DNA from: the human T2T-CHM13v2.0 reference genome, Homo sapiens
NCBI GenBank assembly: GCA_009914755.4
Contig: CP068257.2
Coordinates: 26,976,001 to 27,040,000 of the forward strand
Length of the DNA: 64,000 bases
Direction: 5' to 3'
Shown: piece by piece, positions 13,871 to 25,500 of the stretch
Layout of the letters: every line of letters begins with the position of its first letter
Position numbering within the stretch: the first letter of the stretch is position 1
Position numbers and translations under genes: made by a program
Notes under the pieces: generated by a model
Database searches by the model: none
Told to the model about the DNA's origin: nothing
The model's input: only the letters and a program-made list of their open reading frames with translations

Positions 13871-13894
13871 AAATTTTTTTAAAAGGGCAAAAAG

Positions 13895-14560
13895 CTTGAA
13901 CAAGCGAAAAAAGAAATACAAGTAGCCAACAAGTACATGAAAAGATGCTCAAGGTCACTAATAATCAGAGAAATGCAAATTAAAATTGTAATGAGACACT
14001 ACTTCAAACCCACTCATATACTTATATGACCCAACAATTCTGCTCCTAAGTATTTAATTAAAAAAATAAAAATTTGTATTCACAGAAACATTTTTACATG
14101 AATGTCTACAGCAGTTTTATTCATAAGAGCTAAAAACTACAAGCAATCCAAATGTACATTAACAGCTGAATGAATATGCCAATTGTGGCATATTCACTCA
14201 ATAAAATACTGGTCAGCAATAAAAAGGAACAAATACTGAAATGTGCAACAACATGAATCAATTTCAGTGACATTACATTGAACAAAAGAAGCCAACCACA
14301 AAAGAACATACGTAGTATGATTCCGTATATATGAGATTCTAGAACAGGTAACATTAATCTATAAGGATAGAGATCAGAGCAGTGCACTGCAAAGAGGCAT
14401 GAGAGAAATTTCTGGGGTTATGGAAATGTTACCTGTTTTGATCAGGACGGTGGTTACACAAGGGCATACATTTGTCAAAACTTACTGAACACTGAAAATG
14501 GGTGCATTTTCTATCACATAAATTATGCTTTGATGAATCTGATTTAAAATAAAATTAAAA
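13895..14560 (+). mobile_element. Old L1 (L1M/L1MA-like) 3'-end fragment
   Basis: …aatcagagaaatgcaaattaaaattgtaatgagacactacttcaaacccact…acaagcaatccaaatgtacattaacagctgaatgaatatgccaattgtggcatattcactcaataaaatactggtcagcaataaaaaggaacaaatactg… This matches the diverged C-terminal ORF2/3'UTR of old L1 families. Confidence 0.55.
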
Positions 14561-14799
14561 TGTGCTCTGAGCAAAATATTGACAGTAACAGTTCTTGTCC
14601 ATGCTCCAACAATAACCATCTGTTTCATTTTAGCCTCCCCACGTTTCAATATCCTGATGAGTAAGATGAAGTAGTTGAAATGAATTATTTGTAAGCGCTC
14701 TTCCATTTGAACTGCTTCCAATGCTAAAATTAACATAAGTCAGGTACCATCCATAAACTTTCTATACCTAGTGTTATTCATGTACCTTATATGTATAAA

Positions 14800-15330
14800 G
14801 ATTTGTGTATACAGTGAGGCAGGAGAATAGGATCTGGAGGCAGGGAACCTAAGGCCAATTCACACTGACTTCCTAGAACTAAATCAAAAGGAAAACCCCA
14901 AGTTACCACACCTAAGTAACAAAAGGACCAGAGGCTACTTTCTTTGCAACCTCCCTGCTCTTTTTCTGCCTGGCAGATGGAAAATTGAAAGTACCACTGA
15001 TTGGTTGCTTTCCACAACCAATCAGACATTTGCATAGGGTGTAGCCTTTGTAACATCACTTAAGTCTCTGACTGGTTGCTGGCCACTACTTCATTTGCAT
15101 GGGGACTACACCAAGTGTCCAATGGGAAACCTCTAGAGGGTATTTAAACCCCAGAAAATTCTGTAACAGGGCTCTTGAGCCCCTATGCTCTGCCCACTCC
15201 AACCCTCAGGAGTGTACTTTCATTTTCAATAAATCTCTGCTTTTGTTGCTTCATTCTTTCCTTGCTTTGTGCATTTTGTCTAGTTCCTTACTCAAAAGCC
15301 AAGAACCTGGGTACCCTCCACTAGTAACAA
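14800..15330 (+). mobile_element. Solo LTR relic (ERV1-like, family undetermined) with a recognisable promoter/poly-A architecture
   Basis: Duplicated module …tgattggttgctttccacaaccaatcagacatttgcatagggtgtagcc / …gactggttgctggccactacttcatttgcatggggactacaccaagtgtccaatggg (CCAAT-like boxes). TATA-like tatttaaa at 15141-15148. AATAAA at 15228-15233, followed by ctctgcttttgttgc. Ends …ccactagtaaca. Confidence 0.4.
15141..15148 (+). promoter_or_regulatory. TATA-like box (tatttaaa) inside the LTR relic, with upstream CCAAT boxes and a downstream AATAAA
   Basis: Motif spacing is typical of an LTR U3/R boundary. No expression evidence is available. Confidence 0.3.
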
Positions 15331-15623
15331 TAGCATATGTATCTACACAGATATACACATATGTATGTATACAATACATACATTTATATATAGTATAAGC
15401 TTCCTTTTTATTTGACATGCTAACTTAATAGTATTGATATTTTAAAATATCAAAAATATGGTGTTTTTATTTTATAAAGACTGGATATGGTTTTAATTGA
15501 TCTTTGCAACCACTATGAGTTAAGAATTGCTTGTTTTGACTGCATTATTATAAATAAGGCCAACTTTAGTTTCTGTGATATTCTTTGGAGTTCAGATTAG
15601 ATCACAGGTTCTGCAAAGGTTTT

Positions 15624-15917
<294 letters not shown>

Positions 15918-17352
15918 TGCAAAAGTTTTCTTGAACAGTCCTACTGTTTAGAACAAGTGAGCGTCACGTGCTGCCATTGGCTTTTTCAGAATCACAAGAA
16001 GCTTTTAGCACCCTGCATCCATGTGCTCTGGCATTAACTGTGTTCACACACATCCCTGGTCATAATTTATTGAGCTTGCAGTATTAAAGCATCAGAATGA
16101 AATAAATCCCAAAATATTAGTTAAAGTGGGGATTCTTGAACTTACCTGTTCATAAGAATCACCTGCTCGCACCCCCAACAGACCAAGTGAGTGAAAATTC
16201 CTGGGAAGGCTTGGGATCTACATTTTTTAAGTACAGCCCTTCCTCATCCCTCCCCATACACAAGGACTTTTAAGATCACGCAAGTCTGGGAAACACAGGC
16301 ATAATGTGAGAAACCATAGAATTTACCCCAGAGTCTTGGCAGGTCTCTTCTCAAAGACATTTGATGCATTTAGTGTGCTTGGATTTGGATTACCTCTTTC
16401 TCTAAAGTCTCACTGGTAATTAGAAAGGAGGAGGTGGGTGGCAAATTATAACCAGACAGCCAGATTCTGAAGCCAAGGGAGACAGTGCTGTGGTGTTGTC
16501 TCCAGTTATAAATAAGTGGGCCTAGGTTTAGCGTGGTCACGCAATCACCTCGACATCGAGCAGATATTCCAACCCAGATCCTACACATCAAAATACATCA
16601 TGGCATTTTTCATCCAAAATAGCCAGAATGTGCACTTCCAAAGCAAAGGCCCTAATATAAACAAATGCTCATGTAGACATTGGGTATGTATCTGACAGCC
16701 AAATATTGGAGCTATGCAGAGCAGCTAGAAGAGTGGACCGCAGGCAGCATGGCAAGTCCAGAAGACAGCTCACTTAAAACATCATTTTTAAAATGTACAT
16801 TCTTAAAGCCTTAAAGACAAGACTCAAATCTGATCCAGGAATAACTGTAGCTGCCATCTCTAATTTAAAAAGCAGGTGATAATCTCATTTTCCAGCCCTC
16901 CTGTCATGTGAAGGTTGTTTATCTTTCCATAGAGACATAACCTACCAGTATCCAGGTTTCCGCAGGGGCCTGGAAGGCATATACAGTGGCTGCATAAACC
17001 AGATCAGGGGATCGAAGGACAAGCTTAGTCCACTGGTCCAGAGGGAATCAGTACAGCTTAGTCTTCTCAAAACCCCCTTTGCTCAGTTTCTTTTTTTTTT
17101 TTTGATATATTATTTTATTTAACTTTCAAAAAGATTTTATTAAAGTAACAGGATTTGAGAGTCATAACTTCACACAATTTGTGAGTATGAGTATTACAAT
17201 TTGTAATCAAGTATATCTGACTCCAAATCCTATGTATTTTCCACTACATCTTAATGCCACAATGTTAATAAAAGGATAAAGCTTTAACATATCTTAAGGC
17301 CGATTTGCTGTAAAGTTATAAAGCTTAATTAATCATTAACTTTCTTTTTTTT

Positions 17353-18114
17353 CACTGGCCATCAGAGAAACACAAATCAAAACCACAATGCGATACCATC
17401 TCACACCAGTTAGAATGGCGATCATTAAAAAATCAGGAAACAACAGGTGCTGGAGAGGATGTGGAGAAATAGGAACACTTTTACACTGTTGGTGGGACTG
17501 TAAACTAGTTCAACCATTGCGGAAGTCAGTGTGGCATTTCCTCAGGGATCTAGAACTAGAAATACCATTTGACCCAGCCATCCCGTTACTGGGTATATAC
17601 CCAAAGGATTATAAATCATGCTGCTATAAAGACACATGCACACATATGTTTATAGCAGCACTATTCACAATAGCAAAGACTTGGAACCAACCCAAATGTC
17701 CAACAACGATAGACTGGATTAAGAAAATGTGGCACATATACACCATGGAATACTATGCAGCCATAAAAAATGATGAGTTCATGTCCTTTGTAGGGACATG
17801 GATGAAACTGGAAACCATCATTCTCAGCAAACTATCGCAAGGACAAAAAACCAAACACCACATGTTCTCACTCATAGGTGGGAATTGAACAATGAGAACA
17901 CATGGACACAGGAAGGGGAACATCACATTCTGGGGACTGTCGTGGGGTGGGGGGAGGGGGGAGGGATAGCATTAGGGGATACACCTAATGCTAAATGACG
18001 AGTTAATGGGTGCAGCACACCAACACGGCACATGTATACATATGTAACAAACCTGCACGTTGTGCACATGTACCCTAAAACTTAAAGTATAATAATAATA
18101 AAATTTTAAAAAAA
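17353..18114 (+). mobile_element. Young L1 (L1PA3-5-like) 3'-terminal fragment (ORF2 C-terminus, 3'UTR and A-rich tail)
   Basis: cactggccatcagagaaacacaaatcaaaaccacaatgcgataccatctcacaccagttagaatggcgatcattaaaaaatcaggaaacaacaggtgctggagaggatgtggagaaataggaacac… through …gtgcacatgtaccctaaaacttaaagtataataataataaaattttaaaaaaa. ORF 17388-17888 is the ORF2 C-terminus (…SLIGGN). Confidence 0.92.
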
Positions 18115-21100
18115 GAAAGTTAATGATTAATTAAGCTCAGTTTTTTATGTAGGTTTAACAGTGACTAAGGAAACAGGAAGTCACTAGAGAGTAATGAATC
18201 TCCCCAAACAAAGTATGTGTGCCTCTCTCACCAACTTCAATGGGGTTGGGGTGCAGAGGAAAATTTAGATATTCCAAAACTGACATAGGGAAATTTTGAT
18301 CCAAAGCTCTCCCTCTTCCTGGTTTATAAATGGACAGTTTCAGAGGGACCAGCTGGTCCAGTCCCAGGAAAACTTCAAAAACATCATACTAGGAAAGGAG
18401 ACAATATCCAAAAGATTATCTGTGGAATCAGGTGAGATTGCTTTTTATTGTAAAAATTCTGGAAATTCTTTAGCAAATGTGCTAGTAACATTCTTAAAAT
18501 ATCTAAACCTGTAAAAGTTTTTCTACTTCCGTAATGTTGCTTGGTCAACCAGGATTCTCTACTTCAATAATTTCCAATCCTAGCTGAATGGCAGGTCTTT
18601 TTAAAAATACATATTCTAAACCCCACCCTAATTCAGTGGTCTTGGATGAGATCTGGAAATATGTGTAGTAGAAACCCTGACAAAATTATAACTAGCATAC
18701 AATTTGCCCAACCCAAAAGTTTCATAAAGCAAGAAATCAGAAAAAAAATGGCATATGTACATCTTTAAGGTTAATCCTTTATATGAAACTAAAACATAAA
18801 CATATGCATTTGACAGACTTTTTATGTCAAGTACAGGCTTTTTCTCATATAAGTCTACTGATTAAACAGTAAAGCCATTTTCTTGTGTATTTCACACACA
18901 AAGACAAGATATATAATCTCCAGTTTTAGTTTCTTTGGAGTGAAGACTTCAAGACTTTGTTAAAAAAAAAAAAACAGGAGCCTAACCTCTTAGATTTAAA
19001 AAAATTTTTTTTATCACTTACAGTTGCCCTGTCCACATACAACAACAAATAAATGGTATCACTCTCTTCACACTCAGATTTTATCAATTTATATTATTTA
19101 CATTGCACCATCAGCAGGCTTATGAACAAACACAACAGTATCCAGTAAACACAATCAAGTGGAGTGTGCAGAAATGCTTTGGAATACTAGAGAATTAGCT
19201 ACAAACCAGGACTAGTCAGCTTGCTGTGGTAACTAGTCAATATCTTACTGAAGTAAAGGCGAAAGTTTGTTAAAACAATGAGTGAGTTGAATAAGACTCA
19301 TGAATTATCTCTGTACAATATATTTCTGAAGAGCTCTACACATAAGCAATTATGATGGTTATCTAAGTTTGTGAAATATTACCCTATATCAGAGTTTCTC
19401 AAACTTAAATGTGCATACAAATTCCCTGAGAGTCTTATTAAAATGCAGATTGTAGAAATCAGTGTGTCTTGGGTGGAACCCCAAAATCTAACAGTCTCCT
19501 AGCTTTTATCAGAGTAAGAACTCTAAATGAGATCTCTACTATGTCACATGTTTTTATCAGTTGTGGCAGCAAAATTGTAGTTGAAAGTGAATTTTCTTGC
19601 ATTTTAACCTTTTATAATTAAATAACTTCAATTTTTTTAAACAGAAGAGTTTCTTGACCAATTATTCTCAGTAACAGCATAAGATGTTTTCATTTTTTCC
19701 AACCATTCTTCGGTTTAGTAGAAAGAAGTGTTAGAGAGCAGTCACAAAATGTGTTTTCATTTTCTATCGATGTCAACATTACCAAGTCTGTTTCTCTGTC
19801 CACACGGTAAAATAGAAATCAAACTATTTGTTCTTATAACTTTTGGCTTACAGGGGAAAAAGTTATATTTATAGAAAACTTTATCAGGATGGCTGCTTCT
19901 AACTCTCTCTTCCAATTCTTGCTGTACAGTTTGGATTTAGCTAATGACAGTAGCTAAAAGAAAACCAAAATAAGTGATTTCTTGGCAGCAAATGCCTCCC
20001 TGATGAATCACCATAGAAAAGATAGCACTGGAGTTTGACGGTGGGATGAGCAAAAAGCAGACGCAGTGTAGACAGGTTTTCTCCTGCTGCAAGTGGCTTA
20101 TTTCAACTGTCAACACATCACATAAGAAATTTATAGTCAGAGTCCTATTTCCTCCCATTCCTATGGCTCCTAGCATTACTGCCACTTGATCGGACCCCAT
20201 TTTCACAATCCACAGCTTTTCTCTAAAACCAGCCACCAAACTCTGATTGTGATACACTCACCCACTGGATGAGATTATGGGGACTGACATCACTATAGAA
20301 GGAGTACTTGCTCCAGGTGGCCTGAGAGGAAGCAAGTCTGAACCTGTGTACTGAAAGGGCAAGGCTGGGTCTCTACAGAGGTTAGGAATGCAGTCCTCAG
20401 TTGTCAAAAGGCCTGCCAGCACTAGTGTGCATAGTCACAAAGAGAAAATGAACAAAGCTGTCTCTCCCCATGAGCCAGGATGATCCACAAATACCTCACC
20501 TTTACTACTGACATCATTTACTATTGAAAATCCACAGGTGAGATCTTAAACTCCTACTTAGGTGGAAACTGTGATTCTAAAAGCACACAGGGCAATTCTC
20601 TGGGTCTATTTGTTTTCAAAATTATGGCAACTTTTTTAGGGAATAGAAGAGACTGAACAGGAAGCCTACCAAATAAATGGGCTGTTAGTAGCTAAGTCTG
20701 GCAGTCATACCCACATTCCCAAGTATTTTTTTAAATGCCAAGTATTTTTTAAAGTTCTGTTCTTTTAGAAACCAGAGGCCCATTTCAGAATATAACAGGA
20801 ACTGTGAACCCTTTTCTCAAGACACAAAATCAACCTTCTGTATATGACTTCGAGATGACTTAAAGAGCTTTTTCCTCTGCGTGGCTACCAGGTTACAAAT
20901 TCCCATTGTAATACAATACGAATAGTTCTCTGAGCCATTGCAAAGACAAAGGTGTAAGTAAATAAGCACTGTACACTATGCTCAGGGTAAGAAGTTCAGC
21001 AACTTCTCCTTCTGAAACCTATCTGCCATCCGTCTCCACACCAGGAAAACGTTAGGGCGGTAACAGGAATAACCTACTGTGAAGTTCTGATAGTCACCAG

Positions 21101-22265
21101 CTTCCTGTGCTGGGCCCAATGGAACAGGCTTCGGTTATCTAAGATAATTCATTCTGTGCCAGCTACAGTGCCTGTTTAATTGTTCAGCGTTTCATGTTCG
21201 GGAACTCCTTTCCAATGACTGACTGCCCGTGGCGTCACTGCCATTCTGAATCATGCAAATGAGAATGTCATATCCTCTGACTCAAGAAGCTTTATCTCAT
21301 TAAAAATTATTTTGAGAACTCCAAGCAGAGAGTTGGTCTTTGCTTAGATCTGACTTCCCAAATACATCACTTTTCCTTTTCTCACGGGGATCCAGCTGAT
21401 TTGGAAGGAGACTGGGAAGTGTGCAAGGGGGGAATCCTATGGAACTGAGCTTGGGAAGCAGGTATTTGCTGGCAGGGATGCTCTCCTCCTTTGCTGAGAG
21501 GCTGTGGTCCACAGCCCTTGCCAAATCTGTCGCAGTAGCTAACAGTACATTTCCATGTATGTACTATTTTCTCCCAATTTTCCCCAAGGAAAGGGCGAGT
21601 CAGGATATGCACGCATAGCACAGGACAAAAATAGCCTTGTTTAAGTAGATAAGTAGCTATTAAGTGAAGTTCCTTGACTTTGTCTATTCTGAGCACCAGT
21701 ATTTGCACTAGTCAGGCAGCATCCCCCTAGGTCAACTACCTGTGTATTCTTGTACTCTCTACTGAAAGACAGTATGCACAGGGCTTATGAAAACAGACAT
21801 TAGAAATAGGATTTGAGTCCTTGGGGTAGTTGTGTGACTTACTGGTTATATGAACTTAGACAATTTACCGAACCTCTCTGAGCTTAAATTTGCTCATTTA
21901 TAAAATGGGGTAATACAAGTTTGTAACTTATAGACGTATTATAAGGATAAAATTAATTAATATACTGCATATAAAGTTTCTAGCTCAGTGACTGACACAT
22001 ATTACGTGCTATGTGATGCATATGTTAAGTGCTTGTGAAGGTTAGCTGTTACTATTACACCAGGTATTCTTGAACATTTCTTTAACTCAGAGTTAAAGCC
22101 AGGAAAGACATGTGTTACATTTAGTTTAAAGGATAAAAAACAATATAGCATAGACTTGGGAGTCTGGTAGTTTATCACGCAGGTAAATGCTATAGCAGTT
22201 AAAAGTCAGCAAAGTTCAAAATTAACTCTGAATGATCTATGATCTATGTGTTTAATGTCCTCATC

Positions 22266-22555
22266 TTTTTTTTTTTTTTTCTTTAGATGGAGTTTCGCTC
22301 TTTCTCCCAGGCTGGCATGCAGTAGTGCCATCTCGGCTCACTGCAACCTCCACCTTCCGGTTTCAAGTGATTCTCCTGCCTGAGCCTCCCAAGCTAGCTG
22401 GCATTACGGGTGCCTGCCACCACACCCAGCTAATTTTTGTATTTTTTAGTAAAGACAGGGTTTCACCATGTTGGCCAGGCTGGTCTCCACCTCCTGACCT
22501 CGTGATCTGCCCACCTCGGACTCCCAAAGTGCTGGGATTACAGGTATCCTCATCT
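22266..22555 (-). mobile_element. Alu SINE (minus), truncated at the Alu 5' end
   Basis: Poly-T, then agatggagtttcgctctttctcccaggctggcatgcagtagtgcc…cctcggactcccaaagtgctgggattacaggt. Confidence 0.9.
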
Positions 22556-25500
22556 ATTAAGTAATAATCAAGTCTTCCTCATGAGATTTTAATGGCACTT
22601 AAATCAAAGGAAGTAAAACATCAAGCCCACAAGGATTAAGTGTACAATTAATGTTAGTCATCATTACCACTAAAAATTAACATGAGCTTAAATATATACA
22701 AACTATAGAATATAGGCAGCAGGCTCCATTCATTTAAAAACTACTGATACTACACTACTGTGTACCAAGCATGGTTCTACACATCTTATTTAAAAATAAC
22801 TCATTTATTTAATCCTCATAATAGCTCCAGGAGGTAGGTACTATATCACCTAGCCCTATTTTAAATATGAGGAAACAGTGGCCACTCCATTACTAAGTTG
22901 CAGACTCATGATTCACTCCCAGGCTCCCAAGACAATGCTCTTTCAGTGCTGTCTAATAGAACTTTCTACAATAATGGAACTGATTTGTCTGTGCTGCCCA
23001 GTATGCTAGGCCCTGGGCACGTGTAGTAATTGAGCCCTTAAAATGTGGTAAATATGCTTGAGGAATAGAATATTTTATTTCATCTCATTTTAATTAATTT
23101 AAATTTAAATAGCCACAGGTGGCTGGTGGCTATTGGACAACACATGCATAGACCACCCCGTTGCATTGCTTTATTAAAGGGCCAGTTCCACTGAAGAAAC
23201 TAGTAGAGACCCTTATCCACACTGTGCTTGTTCCACACTTGCCTACAGTGGTTGTAGTTCCTTCATTCGGGACCTTTATTACTATCTTCTTTAAAAATAA
23301 GTTGCCTTTTTTGGTACATTGAGTATCTTCAGTACAAGGAAATTTTGCCTTCAAAATACCCCACTAATAATGGTTCATCCTGTAACTTTTTATCCCTTTT
23401 GCCTACTTGTTGTACTTGCTTGATGCCAGACACTATTCTCTAGCCACAGGTTACATGCAGCTTTCCGCACATGGCCACCCCATGTTCTCCAGTTAGGACA
23501 CGGGTTCTATTTTGCCCTCTTTTGTAGAGCTAGCAACTGCTTTATTGTTGTCTGAGCTGAAAATGGAGCCTTGATGGACAAAAACAGACATCTTATCACT
23601 TTTTAACGTAAAACCATCAAACTTGGCTTTCCGTTGATCCACCAAATTATGCTTTTACTTTTGCCTCCATTTCATAAAATTAACTACCCTAAGCATGCCT
23701 GTCTAATTGCAAATTTCCATTCCCTCATGTCCAACCTCTGCCTCCCACTGCACCACTGTAATTTGCCAAGTGAAACCTGCCCAAGTTCAGAGAGACTCAG
23801 GCAAACAAAACTCACGAAAAGGAGTACTTTTTTGTCCGGAGTTAAATCAATATTGCAATGAAGAAAATAATCTCCTTAGAATGACAGTACATGCATCTTG
23901 CTTCCCATTCCCATTTTATGTAATTATCTGTGCTGTGATGCTCGATCCAAACAAGTGCTGTCTCATTTGTAATCAGGGCAGAGAGTACGACTCCATCACT
24001 TTTACCCGAGTCCCTCATACAGCATTGCTTGTGATCAGAATTTTCAAAACTGCATTTCCAAAATCACAACTGGGATCATTTTTGCTTAGAAGCCACGTGA
24101 CAGAAGCCTCACAGACAAACCTGAAATCTTAAACAAGCTTTAAAAGTATGACATAATGATTATCCGATAATGTCTAAAAGCAAGTGGCACATTCAGGTAG
24201 TTCAGTTTGATTTGCTGTGCTCAGAGTCGACTGGGTAGTTCATGTGCAAATCTTCTGCTAAGTCATTTCCTCTCTTTGTTTTCAGACTGGATTTCCAAGC
24301 AAAATATTCATATCTTTTTCTGTACATAGACTGACTCAGCCTTGCCACAATTTTGTGGGCAGAAAGGGTATGTGTGTTATGTACTTATCTTATTCATCAT
24401 TGTATGATATTAGGGTGGTGATTCTGAGATATGTTAATTTTTCTTGTTTTCATTGGATTCTTTTCTTTCCAACCTTCATTCCTATTGATGTGTTCATAGG
24501 TTATCATTTGTGTGATTTTTGAGACACAATGAATCAAAGGGATTAAAAGATCACTTGGATACACAATTTTTTCATTGATATAACAGTGGGCACTTGCCTC
24601 TGCATGTAACAGAAATTAAAAAAAAAAAAAATGGAAGAATCCCCATGTGTTGCTCTCAACAGAGCTGAGAATCGCATTACCAGAGGCATGACTGGCGTAG
24701 ACCTCTCATGCCACACAAATGCCTCACTTCTCCACCTGGGGTTAGCAAAAAACTTTCAGTCAACACTTGCATTCATGGCTCATAAATGTTGAGACTTGAG
24801 CAGCCTTCTTGCTAGGTGGGTTTCTATGCGGGGGTAGGAGTTTACTCTGAAATTAATTGTAGAATTTCTCTAGGAAGCCAAGCTAGCTGAATTCATTTAT
24901 TCTGAGTTCAGAATTATGAAAAAGTGAGACCAGTTTTAAGTTTTACATTTTGAAGAATTTTAATATAAGCATGATAGTTTACAACTGCTGTGAGTGAGAA
25001 AAAAAATTCTCTGTGTTCTTGCTTCTAATTTGATTTGAATCCATAAAGTATATCTCAATCAGAAAGCAACTTGTTGTAAAGGAGAAAAATAGAATTTATA
25101 GACATGAAAATAAATAGATGAAAATCATGGGTGGTTATTTGATCTTTAGAAGGTACAAAGTAGCCACAAATTATGGGTACCATTTTCTTCCACATTTTAG
25201 TTTTACATTCCTGAAACTTGGGGTATGCATTTATTCAATAGTCATTCACCCTGCTAAGCAGAGGGAACACAACGAAAACAAGATACAAATCTTGCCCTCA
25301 AGAAGCTCACAATCTACTTAGAGGGTATTAACATAAATATTTTAAAAGAAAGTCCTTAAGTGTAGGGGTAGGAATATGAATGGAGTATTAGAAAAGCATA
25401 AGCAAAGGCATCTAACCCATCAGGCTTTCTGGAGGAGGTGGGATCTGGTCTGCAATTTGAAGGTTATGTAGAGGGTCACTATGTGAAAGGAGGTATAGGA

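Noticed and set aside
17388-17888. 166-aa [32 protein letters not shown]…SLIGGN
   Set aside because: It is the C-terminal end of L1 ORF2 in a 5'-truncated L1 lacking the RT and EN domains. It is non-functional. The same applies to ORF 52702-53040.
21380-21710. Locally GC-richer stretch with 65-108-aa ORFs on both strands as a possible exon or promoter
   Set aside because: There are no recognisable protein motifs, splice-site context or CpG-island density. It cannot be supported from sequence alone. It would need conservation or expression data.
23707-24132. 141-aa + strand ORF (MQISIPSCPTSASHCTTVICQVKPAQVQRDSGKQNS…)
   Set aside because: The sequence is unfamiliar and low-complexity-free, but there is no Kozak context, no flanking splice signals and no homology I can recognise. 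At this length, chance ORFs are expected in 64 kb of AT-rich DNA.
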